Source: Aquimarina sp.
GTDB taxonomy: Bacteria; Bacteroidota; Bacteroidia; Flavobacteriales; Flavobacteriaceae
Assembly (NCBI GenBank): GCA_965230845.1
Contig: OZ246021.1
Span: 57,184-121,183 of the forward strand
Direction of reading: 5' to 3'
DNA length: 64,000 nt
Shown here: positions 27,808 to 37,480 of the stretch, one piece after another
Layout: each line of letters begins with the position of its first letter
Numbering within the stretch: position 1 is the first letter of the stretch
The notes under the pieces: generated by a model
What the model saw: only the letters and a program-made list of their open reading frames with translations
Databases searched by the model: none
What the model was told of the DNA's origin: nothing
Position numbers and translations under genes: made by a program

Positions 27808-30800
27808 ATGAAAAAAAACCATTCGGGAGTTTTCTTGTCGAGAAAACATCTCATAAGAATTATGAAAATCTACTCGCTACTTATTTGTATTACCCTATCG
27901 AAGTTATTTTCATTCAATACTTATTCCCAGAATATTTCGATTTCGTTAAAAGAAGCAACGTTAAAAGTAGCTATCGAAGAAATTGAAGAAAAGAGTGAAT
28001 TTCGTTTCTTTTATAACAACAGTTTGATAGATATCTCCAAAAAGGTATCACTTACGGTGAATAACGAAAAAGTAAAAAGAATCCTAAACGATTTATTTAT
28101 AGGGACAAATATTGATTTCAGCATCTATAAAAATCAAATAGTGCTTTTTCCGCATGATGGAAAAACTTCAGAAGAAACCTTCAAAAAGGTATTGGATTAC
28201 ATCAAGAAGAATGCAGAAAATTCGATACAAAGATCTGCAATCCCTACTAATTTCAGCTTTGCTCAAAATCGAATTAGAGGGACAGTAAGAGGATCCGATG
28301 GTGTTCCTCTACCTGGTGTTAATGTGGCGATAAAGGGAACGAACAGAGGAGCGTTAACCGATTTTGATGGGAACTACGAATTGGATGCTAATTTTGGTGA
28401 AACTATGGTGTTCTCTTACGTAGGGTTCGTTACTCAAGAAATTAGTATAGATAAAAATAAGATAGATGTAACGCTGCAAGAAGATGTTAGCACACTGGAT
28501 GAAGTAGTGGTGGTTGCATACGGTACCGCAAGTAAATCTTCGGTAGTAGGATCAATTACTCAGATCGAATCAGAGGATATAGAAAGAAGACCAGTAACTA
28601 ATGTACTTACCGTATTGGATGGGGCGGCTGCTGGTGTAAAAATTACTCCGGCAAACGGACAACCCGGATCTAGTCCTGCTATACGAGTAAGAGGTTTTGG
28701 TTCTATTAATGCATCTAATAGTCCATTAATTGTAGTTGATGGAGTGGAATTCGTTGGTAATTTTTCCAGCCTTAACCCAAATGATATAGCCAACGTTACT
28801 ATACTTAAGGATGCTGCGTCAACATCATTGTATGGTAGTAGAGCCGCTAACGGGGTGGTAATTATTACTACCAAAAAAGGCAAAAAAGGTAAAGACACTT
28901 TCTCAATAGATATAAGTCAAGGTGTAAGTACAAGAAGTATCGGAGAATATGATAGGCTTGATCCTGCCCAATATTATGAAGCTATGTGGGAAGCATTACG
29001 AAATAGCCTGTCTATTTCTGGTACTACTCCTGTAGCAGAAGCGAATCAACAAGCTACCGATGAGATTTTTGATGAATTGGGGATCAATCCATTTAATGTG
29101 CCCAATAATCAAATCGTATTACCAGATGGTAATATCAATCCAAATGCAAGTTTACGGTATGATGATCTGGATTGGCAAGAACTTTTGGTACGTACAGGAT
29201 ATCGCTCAAACTTGAATTTTTCATATAGCGGTTCTAGTGAAACTACAGATTACTTTGCGTCCTTAAGCTATTTGGAAGAGGACGGGTATATCATCAATTC
29301 GAATTTTGAACGAATTACGGGAAGAATTAATATCAACAGTCAGTTACATAAAAATTTTAAAACTGGGATTAATTTATCGGTAGCTTCTTCAGAATCTAAT
29401 AATGCTAATGATGCCGGAAATACGAGTTTAGTAAATCCGTTCCGTACTACCAGACTGATTGCACCTATTTACCCTGTGTTTTTGCATGATCCCGATACAG
29501 GAGCATTTATTTTGGACGAAAATGGAGACAGACAATTTGATAGTAGTAACAGTAGAGTAGGAAGTTCTGCAGGAAGAAATGTAATTCAAGAAACGATATT
29601 GAATAGGGATTCTGATAAAATATTCTCTGTAAATGCCAGAGCATACACAGAGTTTAAGTTCCTGAATGATTTTACATTTACTTTTAATGCCGCTATGGAT
29701 AAGCGCTTTTTTAGTAATATCCAGTTTAACAATCCAATAGTAGGTGATGGAGCTCCGGATGGGGTGGCAGAAAAAGATGAAATTACAAACACCACCATCA
29801 ATTATAATCAACTTTTACGCTACAATAAAACCATTGGCGAACATGGGATAAGCGTTCTTTTAGGACATGAAAGTTTTGATACCGAAAGAAACTTTTTTAC
29901 CGCAAATAGGCGAGGACAGGTAGTAGATGGTAATATAGAATTGATCAATTTTACAACCACTCAAGATGTAGACTCCAACACTCGAAGATTAACACGAGAG
30001 GGATATTTCGGGAGTTTTAACTACGACTATAGGAATACGTATTATTTATCCGGTTCGTACAGAAGAGATGCCTCTTCAAGATTTGATGAGGGTAACCGAT
30101 GGGGGGATTTCTTTTCAGTTGGTGCCTCGTGGAGATTAGATCAAGAAGCATTCGTTAGTAGTGTAGATTGGATTAATTTATTAAAACTTAGAGCTTCATA
30201 TGGAGAGGTAGGTAACGATAACCTACTGGATGCAGCTGGAGTAAGTGATTTTTATATTAGTCAAGGATTATTTGATCTTGGATTTAATAATCAATTAGAA
30301 GGAGGTATATTATCGGCTACCACTGGTAATCCTGATATTACCTGGGAAACCAATATCCAGTCTGATGCCGCAGTAGAATTTGGGTTTTTGAACAACAGAG
30401 TTTCGGGTACGATCGAATACTATAGAAGAGAATCAAAAGATTTATTGTTTTTAGTGCCTATTCCAACTGCTTCAGGTTTGGATACTAAACCAGATAATAT
30501 CGGAAGCATGGTCAATAATGGTTGGGAGTTTGATTTGAATTTCGGGATCATCAATAGTGCAAATTTTGATTGGAAATTAAACATCAATGCGGCTACAATA
30601 GCTAACGAGATTACAGAATTGCCACAAGAAGAAATCATTAATGGTACTAAGAAATTAGTCGTAGGTGGCGATATTTTCGCCTTTTTCCTTAGAGATTGGT
30701 ATGGGGTAGATCCAGATGATGGTTCTGGTTTGTTTGTGTTAGACCCAGAACTTGGCGCTGTTGGTGATGGTGATGTTCGAACGGCTGCGGATGGAACCAT

Positions 30801-31335
30801 TGTGACCACTAATCAAAATAAGGCGTTACGGGATTTTGTAGGAACAGCTATCCCAGATCTGTTTGGAGCATTTACCAATACGTTTAGATATAAGAATTTT
30901 GATCTTGGATTTACATTTACGTACCAAATAGGAGGACAAACTTATGATACCAACTATGCCAATCTTATGGAATCTGGTGAGTTTGGAGTAGCATTAAGCA
31001 CTGATATCTTGAGACGTTGGCAACGACCAGGAGATATTACCGATGTACCTAGGTTGGATGCAAATCAAACCGCTGCTTTTGGAGCAGCGTCTGATAGATG
31101 GTTGGTCAAGTCCGATTTTCTTGCGCTACGACAAGTGAATATGGCATATAATTTTGACAAGGATTTGGTTAACAAATTAGGACTTGCCAATGCCAGAATA
31201 TACGTAAGTGGAGAAAATATTTTTGTACTCAATGAACGCAAAGGACTTGAACCTGGTCAAAGATTTAATGGTACTACATCAAATAGATTTACTCCATCAA
31301 GAGTAATTTCATTAGGATTCAACGCAACATTTTAA
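27808..31335 (+). CDS. SusC/RagA family TonB-dependent transducer with N-terminal signalling (STN) domain
   Basis: STN-like N-terminus, CarboxypepD_reg-like domain, LDEVVVVAYG, IRVRGFGS, KDAASTSLYGSRAANGVVIITTK; C-terminal Phe. Confidence 0.96.
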   Translation: MKKNHSGVFLSRKHLIRIMKIYSLLICITLSKLFSFNTYSQNISISLKEATLKVAIEEIEEKSEFRFFYNNSLIDISKKVSLTVNNEKVKRILNDLFIGTNIDFSIYKNQIVLFPHDGKTSEETFKKVLDYIKKNAENSIQRSAIPTNFSFAQNRIRGTVRGSDGVPLPGVNVAIKGTNRGALTDFDGNYELDANFGETMVFSYVGFVTQEISIDKNKIDVTLQEDVSTLDEVVVVAYGTASKSSVVGSITQIESEDIERRPVTNVLTVLDGAAAGVKITPANGQPGSSPAIRVRGFGSINASNSPLIVVDGVEFVGNFSSLNPNDIANVTILKDAASTSLYGSRAANGVVIITTKKGKKGKDTFSIDISQGVSTRSIGEYDRLDPAQYYEAMWEALRNSLSISGTTPVAEANQQATDEIFDELGINPFNVPNNQIVLPDGNINPNASLRYDDLDWQELLVRTGYRSNLNFSYSGSSETTDYFASLSYLEEDGYIINSNFERITGRININSQLHKNFKTGINLSVASSESNNANDAGNTSLVNPFRTTRLIAPIYPVFLHDPDTGAFILDENGDRQFDSSNSRVGSSAGRNVIQETILNRDSDKIFSVNARAYTEFKFLNDFTFTFNAAMDKRFFSNIQFNNPIVGDGAPDGVAEKDEITNTTINYNQLLRYNKTIGEHGISVLLGHESFDTERNFFTANRRGQVVDGNIELINFTTTQDVDSNTRRLTREGYFGSFNYDYRNTYYLSGSYRRDASSRFDEGNRWGDFFSVGASWRLDQEAFVSSVDWINLLKLRASYGEVGNDNLLDAAGVSDFYISQGLFDLGFNNQLEGGILSATTGNPDITWETNIQSDAAVEFGFLNNRVSGTIEYYRRESKDLLFLVPIPTASGLDTKPDNIGSMVNNGWEFDLNFGIINSANFDWKLNINAATIANEITELPQEEIINGTKKLVVGGDIFAFFLRDWYGVDPDDGSGLFVLDPELGAVGDGDVRTAADGTIVTTNQNKALRDFVGTAIPDLFGAFTNTFRYKNFDLGFTFTYQIGGQTYDTNYANLMESGEFGVALSTDILRRWQRPGDITDVPRLDANQTAAFGAASDRWLVKSDFLALRQVNMAYNFDKDLVNKLGLANARIYVSGENIFVLNERKGLEPGQRFNGTTSNRFTPSRVISLGFNATF

Positions 31336-31346
31336 AAAAAGAAATC

Positions 31347-32834
31347 ATGAAAACATATAGAAGATTATTGATATTCAGTATGGTTTTATCCGGTCTTGTA
31401 TTTAATTCTTGCTCAGAGGATTTCTTGGATGAAACACCCACAGAATCGGTTTCTATAGAAGAAGCCACAGCGACAACTACCAATTTATTTACGATTGTTA
31501 ATGGTATACATCGATCACTATACATTAGGTATGGTTCGCAAGGAAGAACAGGAGTAGGTGCGCTTATGTTACAAAATGAAGTACTTGGAGATGATTTTGT
31601 AATGACTTCAAGAGCCAACGGTTGGTTTATTAATGCATATCGTTGGAATGATCATACTAATGCTACAGACGCAGATGATTTATTTCCATATAGAACCTAT
31701 TATAGAATTATTAGGAACGCAAATACCATAATTAATGGAGCAGATGATGCTGTAGGACCTGATGAAGAAAGAAATGCGGCCAAAGGACAGGCCTTGGTCT
31801 ATAGGGCTTGGGCACATTTTCAACTTGTTCAGTTATACGGAATTCGATATCAAGCAGGGCAGGTAAATGATCAAATGGGAGTTCCTATTGTATTAACTAC
31901 TGCTTTTGAACCACTACCACGTTCTACCGTCGAAGAAGTGTATACTCAAGTCAATGAGGATCTGGATGAAGCTATTGTGCTTCTGGAAGGATATGGCAGA
32001 CCTAACAAATCTCATTTGGATCAGAGTGTAGCTCAGGGATTAAAGGCAAGAGTGGCATTGGTGCAAGGAAATTATTCGATTGCTGCAGATTTTGCCGAAA
32101 TAGCTAGAGCTGGGTATCAGTTGATGTCAAGAGACGACTATTTTAATAATTTCAGTGATTATGAAAGCGATGAGTGGATGTGGGGAAGTCATATCGTAGA
32201 AGATCAAAGTGACACCTTTGGTAATTTTGGGGCTTTTATTTCTAGAAACTTCAGTTCTTCTAACATACGAGGTAATCCAAAGGCTATTAATAGTCTTTTG
32301 TACGATACCATGTCGGATACCGATGTGCGAAAATCTTTATTTGATCCCACAGGAGATCATGATGTATTACCTCCAGGGGTTGTAATTTCATCAAGACATC
32401 GTAAGCGACCATTTACCAGTCAAAAATTTATTGCTGAAGGTGTAGGGGATAGTAGGATGGATGTTCCTTACATGAGAGTTTCTGAAATGTATTTGATCGA
32501 AGCTGAAGCAAAAGCTAGATTAAATGATCCTACAGCTGCTGATGTTCTCTTGGTGATTGGTGCCGAGCGAGACCCAGCATATACGAGGTCAGTAAATACA
32601 GGAACAGCTTTGGTTGACGAAATTTTACTGCATAGGCGTTGGGAATTATGGGGAGAAGGTTTTAGGTTTTATGACCTAAAACGAACAAATGCCGCGCTCA
32701 ATAGAAATGGTGCAAACCATTCTACAACTCTGGCAGTCGTTTTCGACGTTCCTGCTGGAGATAACAGATGGCAGTGGCTTATTCCTCAACGCGCATTGGA
32801 TGCTAACCCTCTATTAAGGCAAAATCCATTGTAA
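31347..32834 (+). CDS. SusD/RagB family nutrient-uptake lipoprotein
   Basis: Lipobox FNSC, MRVSEMYLIEAEA and RRWELWGEGFRFYDLKR motifs. Confidence 0.95.
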   Translation: MKTYRRLLIFSMVLSGLVFNSCSEDFLDETPTESVSIEEATATTTNLFTIVNGIHRSLYIRYGSQGRTGVGALMLQNEVLGDDFVMTSRANGWFINAYRWNDHTNATDADDLFPYRTYYRIIRNANTIINGADDAVGPDEERNAAKGQALVYRAWAHFQLVQLYGIRYQAGQVNDQMGVPIVLTTAFEPLPRSTVEEVYTQVNEDLDEAIVLLEGYGRPNKSHLDQSVAQGLKARVALVQGNYSIAADFAEIARAGYQLMSRDDYFNNFSDYESDEWMWGSHIVEDQSDTFGNFGAFISRNFSSSNIRGNPKAINSLLYDTMSDTDVRKSLFDPTGDHDVLPPGVVISSRHRKRPFTSQKFIAEGVGDSRMDVPYMRVSEMYLIEAEAKARLNDPTAADVLLVIGAERDPAYTRSVNTGTALVDEILLHRRWELWGEGFRFYDLKRTNAALNRNGANHSTTLAVVFDVPAGDNRWQWLIPQRALDANPLLRQNPL

Positions 32835-32891
32835 TTAAGCCTTAATTAATAAACTGAATTATATAATTGTTTAGTTTGTGTTAGCCTTTTG

Positions 32892-32932
32892 TAATGAGTT
32901 CAATTGTTTTGTAAAAAACATTGGACTCATTA
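32892..32932 (+). terminator. Long imperfect hairpin after susD (terminator or stabiliser)
   Basis: TAATGAGTTCAAT ... ATTGGACTCATTA inverted repeat. Confidence 0.45.
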
Positions 32933-33032
32933 TCAAAGTATTTTGATGATTAAAGCATTGCTTTATCCATATGCTTTTAAAAAACAAAGATTTTTTTAGA
33001 TCTCTGGATGAATTAATCTGTACTTTTAAAAT

Positions 33033-33602
33033 ATGAAATTTCATATTCTAAAAGAGATGACTGTTTACCAGGATTTTTTGAGAATAAAAAAAGCCTGGAT
33101 CAAACACGACCGTTTTGACGGAGCAAGCAGTGTTACTTATGATCGGGAATGTTTGGATAAAGGAGATTTTGCAACGGTATTACTATTTGAAAAAGATACG
33201 AAGCAAATCATTCTCGTTAAACAATTTCGATACCCCAGCATTCATCATGATGATGGTTGGGTCCTAGAAATTCCAGCTGGAGGAATAGAAGAAGGAGAGG
33301 ATCATGAAGAATGTGCTATTCGAGAAGTATATGAAGAAACGGGATACGTAACCAAAAACCTTGAGCATATGGTTACCTGTTATACCTCACCCGGAATTAC
33401 TAATGAGCGTATGATTCTGTATTACGCAGAGGTGGATCAAAATGATAAAACTGGTGAAGGAGGAGGAAACACAAATGAAGATGAAGATATTGAGCTTCAT
33501 AAATACAGTATCCCCGAAATCAAACAACTTTTATTATCAGGAACCATCAATGACGCAAAAACAGTCATTGCTTTACAATGGTATTTGCTTCATAAAATTT
33601 AG
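33033..33602 (+). CDS. NUDIX hydrolase (ADP-sugar/GDP-mannose pyrophosphatase-like)
   Basis: Nudix box GGIEEGEDHEECAIREVYEETG; DAKTVIAL C-terminus. Confidence 0.92.
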   Translation: MKFHILKEMTVYQDFLRIKKAWIKHDRFDGASSVTYDRECLDKGDFATVLLFEKDTKQIILVKQFRYPSIHHDDGWVLEIPAGGIEEGEDHEECAIREVYEETGYVTKNLEHMVTCYTSPGITNERMILYYAEVDQNDKTGEGGGNTNEDEDIELHKYSIPEIKQLLLSGTINDAKTVIALQWYLLHKI

Positions 33603-33617
33603 GAGATAGATGATATA

Positions 33618-34775
33618 CTATTTGAGATTGGTTAGAATAAAATCCAGCTTTTTATTAGTATTCAAATTTTGAGCAAAAGAGTCGGTAACATGCTTACTTC
33701 GATTGGCAAGCCCTAGTTCCTGTAAACGTAAGATACTATCTTTATTTTCTAGGGTCACTTTACCGGTAAGTAATAGATTCATATCCTGCTCAGAGTGGTA
33801 GTAATCATATACTTTCTTTAACCCGGTAAGATATAAGTAATCTTTGGTAAATCCGCCTCCTCGATGCACTCTGAGTGTGATCTGCCAGGCAGCTTCGCGA
33901 TCTAATTTGTATTGACTATATAACAAATCAAAAGTACCTTTAAAATCGTATCCTTTGATCAGACTATCAGCAGCAATAACTCTATAGGCAAGTTCTTTCA
34001 TTCTCTTCAAAGTCAAACTACCTGACATATATTCGCTCAACACCGCTAGTCCTTCTTGAGTTTCCGTATTGTTTACAAAACCATTAGAGAAAACTTTTAG
34101 CGGCTGACTTTTTCCATTAAAAGTAGTGACCATATGTACTCCAATTTCATGATTGGCCAAAACCTTTAACTCGTTTTCGCTGAATTTATAATTCCTTTTT
34201 AATACTAATGTTTCTGATGCGTTTAGTACCATAGCAGAAGCCGAGATATGAGTAGATTTTTTAATATTAAAATCAAAATCATATCGTTTAGAAAATTCAT
34301 TAAAATAACTTTCAGCTTCGTCAACAGAGTACTTCTTGATCATACTCTCGGGCATGGGTTCGTCTTCAAAATGAAGAATAAAGCGGGCATTTTCTACATC
34401 ACGTTCCTTGGGTGTTCCAAACACTTTTAAGGAATTGTAGTAAAAATTCTTTCCACTCCCAATGGTTTCTATGCATTGTATAAGGCCAGAATATTCATAA
34501 ATAATATCCTGATATAACTTTCTGATCTGTTTATCCTCAATGCGCTCTAATTTTTGATCAAAAAACAAGCGCTGTAATTTGTAAGGATTAAACTTGATCT
34601 TGCGATACTTAAAAGTGGGATTTTTTCGGTATTTGCTGGTGAAAAACAGTTTTTTTTCCTGCTCAATATTCAGAGGATTAAGAAAATTGAGTAATTCAAT
34701 ATTCTTGACCAGACGATCCAAATTTTGATCGATCTTAAAAAGATCACTATAGGTGGCTACAACATCTTCAATCAT
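33618..34775 (-). CDS. QEGLA-motif (DUF1704, MATCAP-like) putative metallocarboxypeptidase
   Basis: HEIGVH (HExxxH) followed by TQEGLAVLSE; GGGFTKDYLY. Confidence 0.88.
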   Translation of the reverse strand: MIEDVVATYSDLFKIDQNLDRLVKNIELLNFLNPLNIEQEKKLFFTSKYRKNPTFKYRKIKFNPYKLQRLFFDQKLERIEDKQIRKLYQDIIYEYSGLIQCIETIGSGKNFYYNSLKVFGTPKERDVENARFILHFEDEPMPESMIKKYSVDEAESYFNEFSKRYDFDFNIKKSTHISASAMVLNASETLVLKRNYKFSENELKVLANHEIGVHMVTTFNGKSQPLKVFSNGFVNNTETQEGLAVLSEYMSGSLTLKRMKELAYRVIAADSLIKGYDFKGTFDLLYSQYKLDREAAWQITLRVHRGGGFTKDYLYLTGLKKVYDYYHSEQDMNLLLTGKVTLENKDSILRLQELGLANRSKHVTDSFAQNLNTNKKLDFILTNLK

Positions 34776-34854
34776 TATCTTGTCGTTGATTCTTTAAGGA
34801 TTCGAGAATCACAAACTAACTGCAAAAAATGCAGATTAACAAATAGGTTAGCAT

Positions 34855-35688
34855 TTAATCAATGAATCGGTCAAAAAATGATTTTGCGTGATCGGGGAGT
34901 ATGGTTTTTAACTGTGTTTCTATAGCGTGAACTACTTCAGGATATAGGACATAATTCAGTTCATCGCAATATATTTTTGAAAATTCTGTAGCCAACACCA
35001 GGGTGTTCTTAAAGTTTGAGGTGATGTATTTTAGAAAATAACCATTTCCTTGAAAAGTGTCATTTATAGCTGCGGATGTTTTCTCAATATGTGGTAGTTT
35101 AATGTTAGACAATGCAGTACACCAGGATTGTGCAAAGGCATCGTATTTGGTGTGATCAATATTTTTGGTTCCCAAGTTGATAATAGGTACTTCTCGATCC
35201 CATCGCCTCCAGTTGTAGGAGTGCATATCATAAACGATTGCAGCTCCGTGTTTTGACTCGATTTTTGAAATCAAAGCCTGAACAACTTTGTAAAAATTAT
35301 GATGCTTTTCAAGAGATCTGCGTTTTACTTCTGCTGGTAATGGGGTTTTCCAAAGCTTTTTACCCCAGGCGTCTTCATAAACCGCAATTTCAGGAGATCT
35401 GTTTAAATCATATTCAAATCTTGAGTCGCATCCAGCAATAACAATAGGGTGACTTTGCACCATTTGTCGGGTAGCAGGATCCTCTTCATACCAACGATCG
35501 TATTCAGAATGTAAGCAGTATTCCCAAAGTTCTTTTCGAAATTGATGACCATCGTGTACGGCTGCACACACATAATAGTCATAAGCCTCGATTTTCAAAG
35601 TAAAAGAATAGTCGTTGGAAACGGCATGGAAAGGTTCTTCCCGATGTATTTTTTCAATGATATCCTCGATGGATAGTTTAAGCATCAT
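34855..35688 (-). CDS. N-formylglutamate amidohydrolase family protein
   Basis: AVHDGH, SRFEYDLNR and YDMHS motifs. Confidence 0.85.
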   Translation of the reverse strand: MMLKLSIEDIIEKIHREEPFHAVSNDYSFTLKIEAYDYYVCAAVHDGHQFRKELWEYCLHSEYDRWYEEDPATRQMVQSHPIVIAGCDSRFEYDLNRSPEIAVYEDAWGKKLWKTPLPAEVKRRSLEKHHNFYKVVQALISKIESKHGAAIVYDMHSYNWRRWDREVPIINLGTKNIDHTKYDAFAQSWCTALSNIKLPHIEKTSAAINDTFQGNGYFLKYITSNFKNTLVLATEFSKIYCDELNYVLYPEVVHAIETQLKTILPDHAKSFFDRFID

Positions 35689-36709
35689 CTACAGTTTTTC
35701 TGAGTTTCGCTTTGCGATCGAATCTGTTTACGCGTTGTACTACCTTATCTTCGATAAAATCAACTACCTTTTCTTGTAGTCGTACTTTATATTTTTTATT
35801 GATATAAGTGATTCCTCCTGGACTCATCACATTTACTTCAACCAACATTCCATTAATAACATCGATACCTACAAAATACAACCCATCTTTGACCAATTTG
35901 GGTCCAATCTTTCTACAAAGTTCTTTCTCGGTCTTCGTTAATGAGTGCTTTACTACAGAACCTCCAGCGGTTACATTAGATCGGTGATCATCTTCCCCTG
36001 GAATTCTTCGCATTGCTCCAATAGGTTTCCCGTTGAGGAGCAATATACGTACATCGCCTTGGTCAGCACCTTCTATATAATCCTGAAGAATCACATAATT
36101 ACTGGATCCATCTTTGTTATCGATATAGAAATCCAACAAAGATCTGATACTTCTCATCGCACCTTTTTCGATCAGAATAACTCCTGAACCACCAAAACCA
36201 TTCAATGGTTTCAATATCATCTTATCATTTGGAGCCTCTTTGATTATCTTGATAAGGTACTCCTTATTTTTGGTAACGTGAGTTTTAGGAATAAAATGAG
36301 TTTCCAAATCATCAAAAGCTGCAGTATATAGCTTGTTGTTGGATCTACGAATACCATCAATGTCATTCATGATAAAAACATCATCTTTTACCGAATCCAA
36401 AAAGTTAAGCATGATCATATCCAGAGGAGGATTGCTACGTAAAATGATAACATCAAATCCAGCCAGTGGCAACATTTCATCCCTAAAAGTAGTTTTGGCA
36501 TGAAAGGATTTCATCGAAGAAGAAATCTTTTCGGCTCTATTGATTACTTTACAAAAAGAGAAGGTGACACTATCCCTAATCGTCAAATTATAGGGAGTTG
36601 CAAGAGCAACACCATGTCCTCGTTTAGCACATTCATGAATAAGTGTTAGGGAAGTATCATTTTCAGGATCTATTTCTTCCCATGGATACATTAAAAAGCA
36701 AACATTCAT
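35678..36709 (-). CDS. gshB: Glutathione synthetase-like ATP-grasp ligase
   Basis: GshB-type N-terminus (MYPWEEIDPENDTS), KPLNGFGGSGV, GDVRILL, RSNVTAGG, GIDVI and EVNVMSPGG. Physiological product uncertain. Confidence 0.8.
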   Translation of the reverse strand: MNVCFLMYPWEEIDPENDTSLTLIHECAKRGHGVALATPYNLTIRDSVTFSFCKVINRAEKISSSMKSFHAKTTFRDEMLPLAGFDVIILRSNPPLDMIMLNFLDSVKDDVFIMNDIDGIRRSNNKLYTAAFDDLETHFIPKTHVTKNKEYLIKIIKEAPNDKMILKPLNGFGGSGVILIEKGAMRSIRSLLDFYIDNKDGSSNYVILQDYIEGADQGDVRILLLNGKPIGAMRRIPGEDDHRSNVTAGGSVVKHSLTKTEKELCRKIGPKLVKDGLYFVGIDVINGMLVEVNVMSPGGITYINKKYKVRLQEKVVDFIEDKVVQRVNRFDRKAKLRKTVDDA

Positions 36710-36798
36710 TGTAGACGATTTTTGAATGTGAAAATTTACGTTTTTTATTAGAAAATCAAGAAAAATCCTAAAATAAAGTTTCTTCTATGTTGAAACTA

Positions 36799-37383
36799 TT
36801 ATTCGCATTTGATGTTTACACCTACTTTATTTAATTTTTTCCATACCGGATGGCTTGTAGGTTGTGGTGAAATATCAAAACGAACCAAATGTTTGTTTTC
36901 CTTTTGACAAGGTGTGTGATTCACCATGATAAAAAGTTCAACGGGTTGTTTTGTGATAAAAGCATCATAGGTCAAAACTTTGCCTACAAACGTAGTTGCG
37001 CTAATTTTTTCAAAAAAGGCCTTTGATTTCGGGATTTGATTCTCATTGACATCCGATTTTGCAACGATATTCATGAGGCCATCGTAATAGATTTCAAGTT
37101 CTTTTTCTATTTTTTTGGCAGATAACGTTGGATCTTGATCAATTTCCCACAAAAAAACATAAGAAAAATAGTCTTTTGCTCCTTTGGTTCCCCATCCGGG
37201 AGCAAATTGTACATATTCTACACCTGTATATGCTAATGAAGGTGCAAAATCTAAGGGAAGCTGAAGAATTTCACTTCTCCAACCATCGGGCGCAGAAAGC
37301 TTGTTTTTGACAGATTTTTCTGGGCTACATTGTAAGAATAATAAAAAAAATATAAAAAAAGGTATGGTTTTTGTCAATTTCAT
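36799..37383 (-). CDS. Hypothetical exported protein/lipoprotein
   Basis: Hydrophobic signal ending FLQC; no recognised domain. Confidence 0.65.
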   Translation of the reverse strand: MKLTKTIPFFIFFLLFLQCSPEKSVKNKLSAPDGWRSEILQLPLDFAPSLAYTGVEYVQFAPGWGTKGAKDYFSYVFLWEIDQDPTLSAKKIEKELEIYYDGLMNIVAKSDVNENQIPKSKAFFEKISATTFVGKVLTYDAFITKQPVELFIMVNHTPCQKENKHLVRFDISPQPTSHPVWKKLNKVGVNIKCE

Positions 37384-37480
37384 TTTTGAAGTATTATTTT
37401 AGTGCTAAAAGTACTAAATTGTATTATTATAGAATTTTCATAAATTTGTGTTAAAGCAAATGGAATACAAAACCTACAAA

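Noticed and set aside
27735-27986. 83-aa ORF overlapping the susC start
   Set aside because: Starts inside the hairpin, is out of frame with susC and has no protein-like composition. Kept only as a possible regulatory uORF within the hairpin finding.
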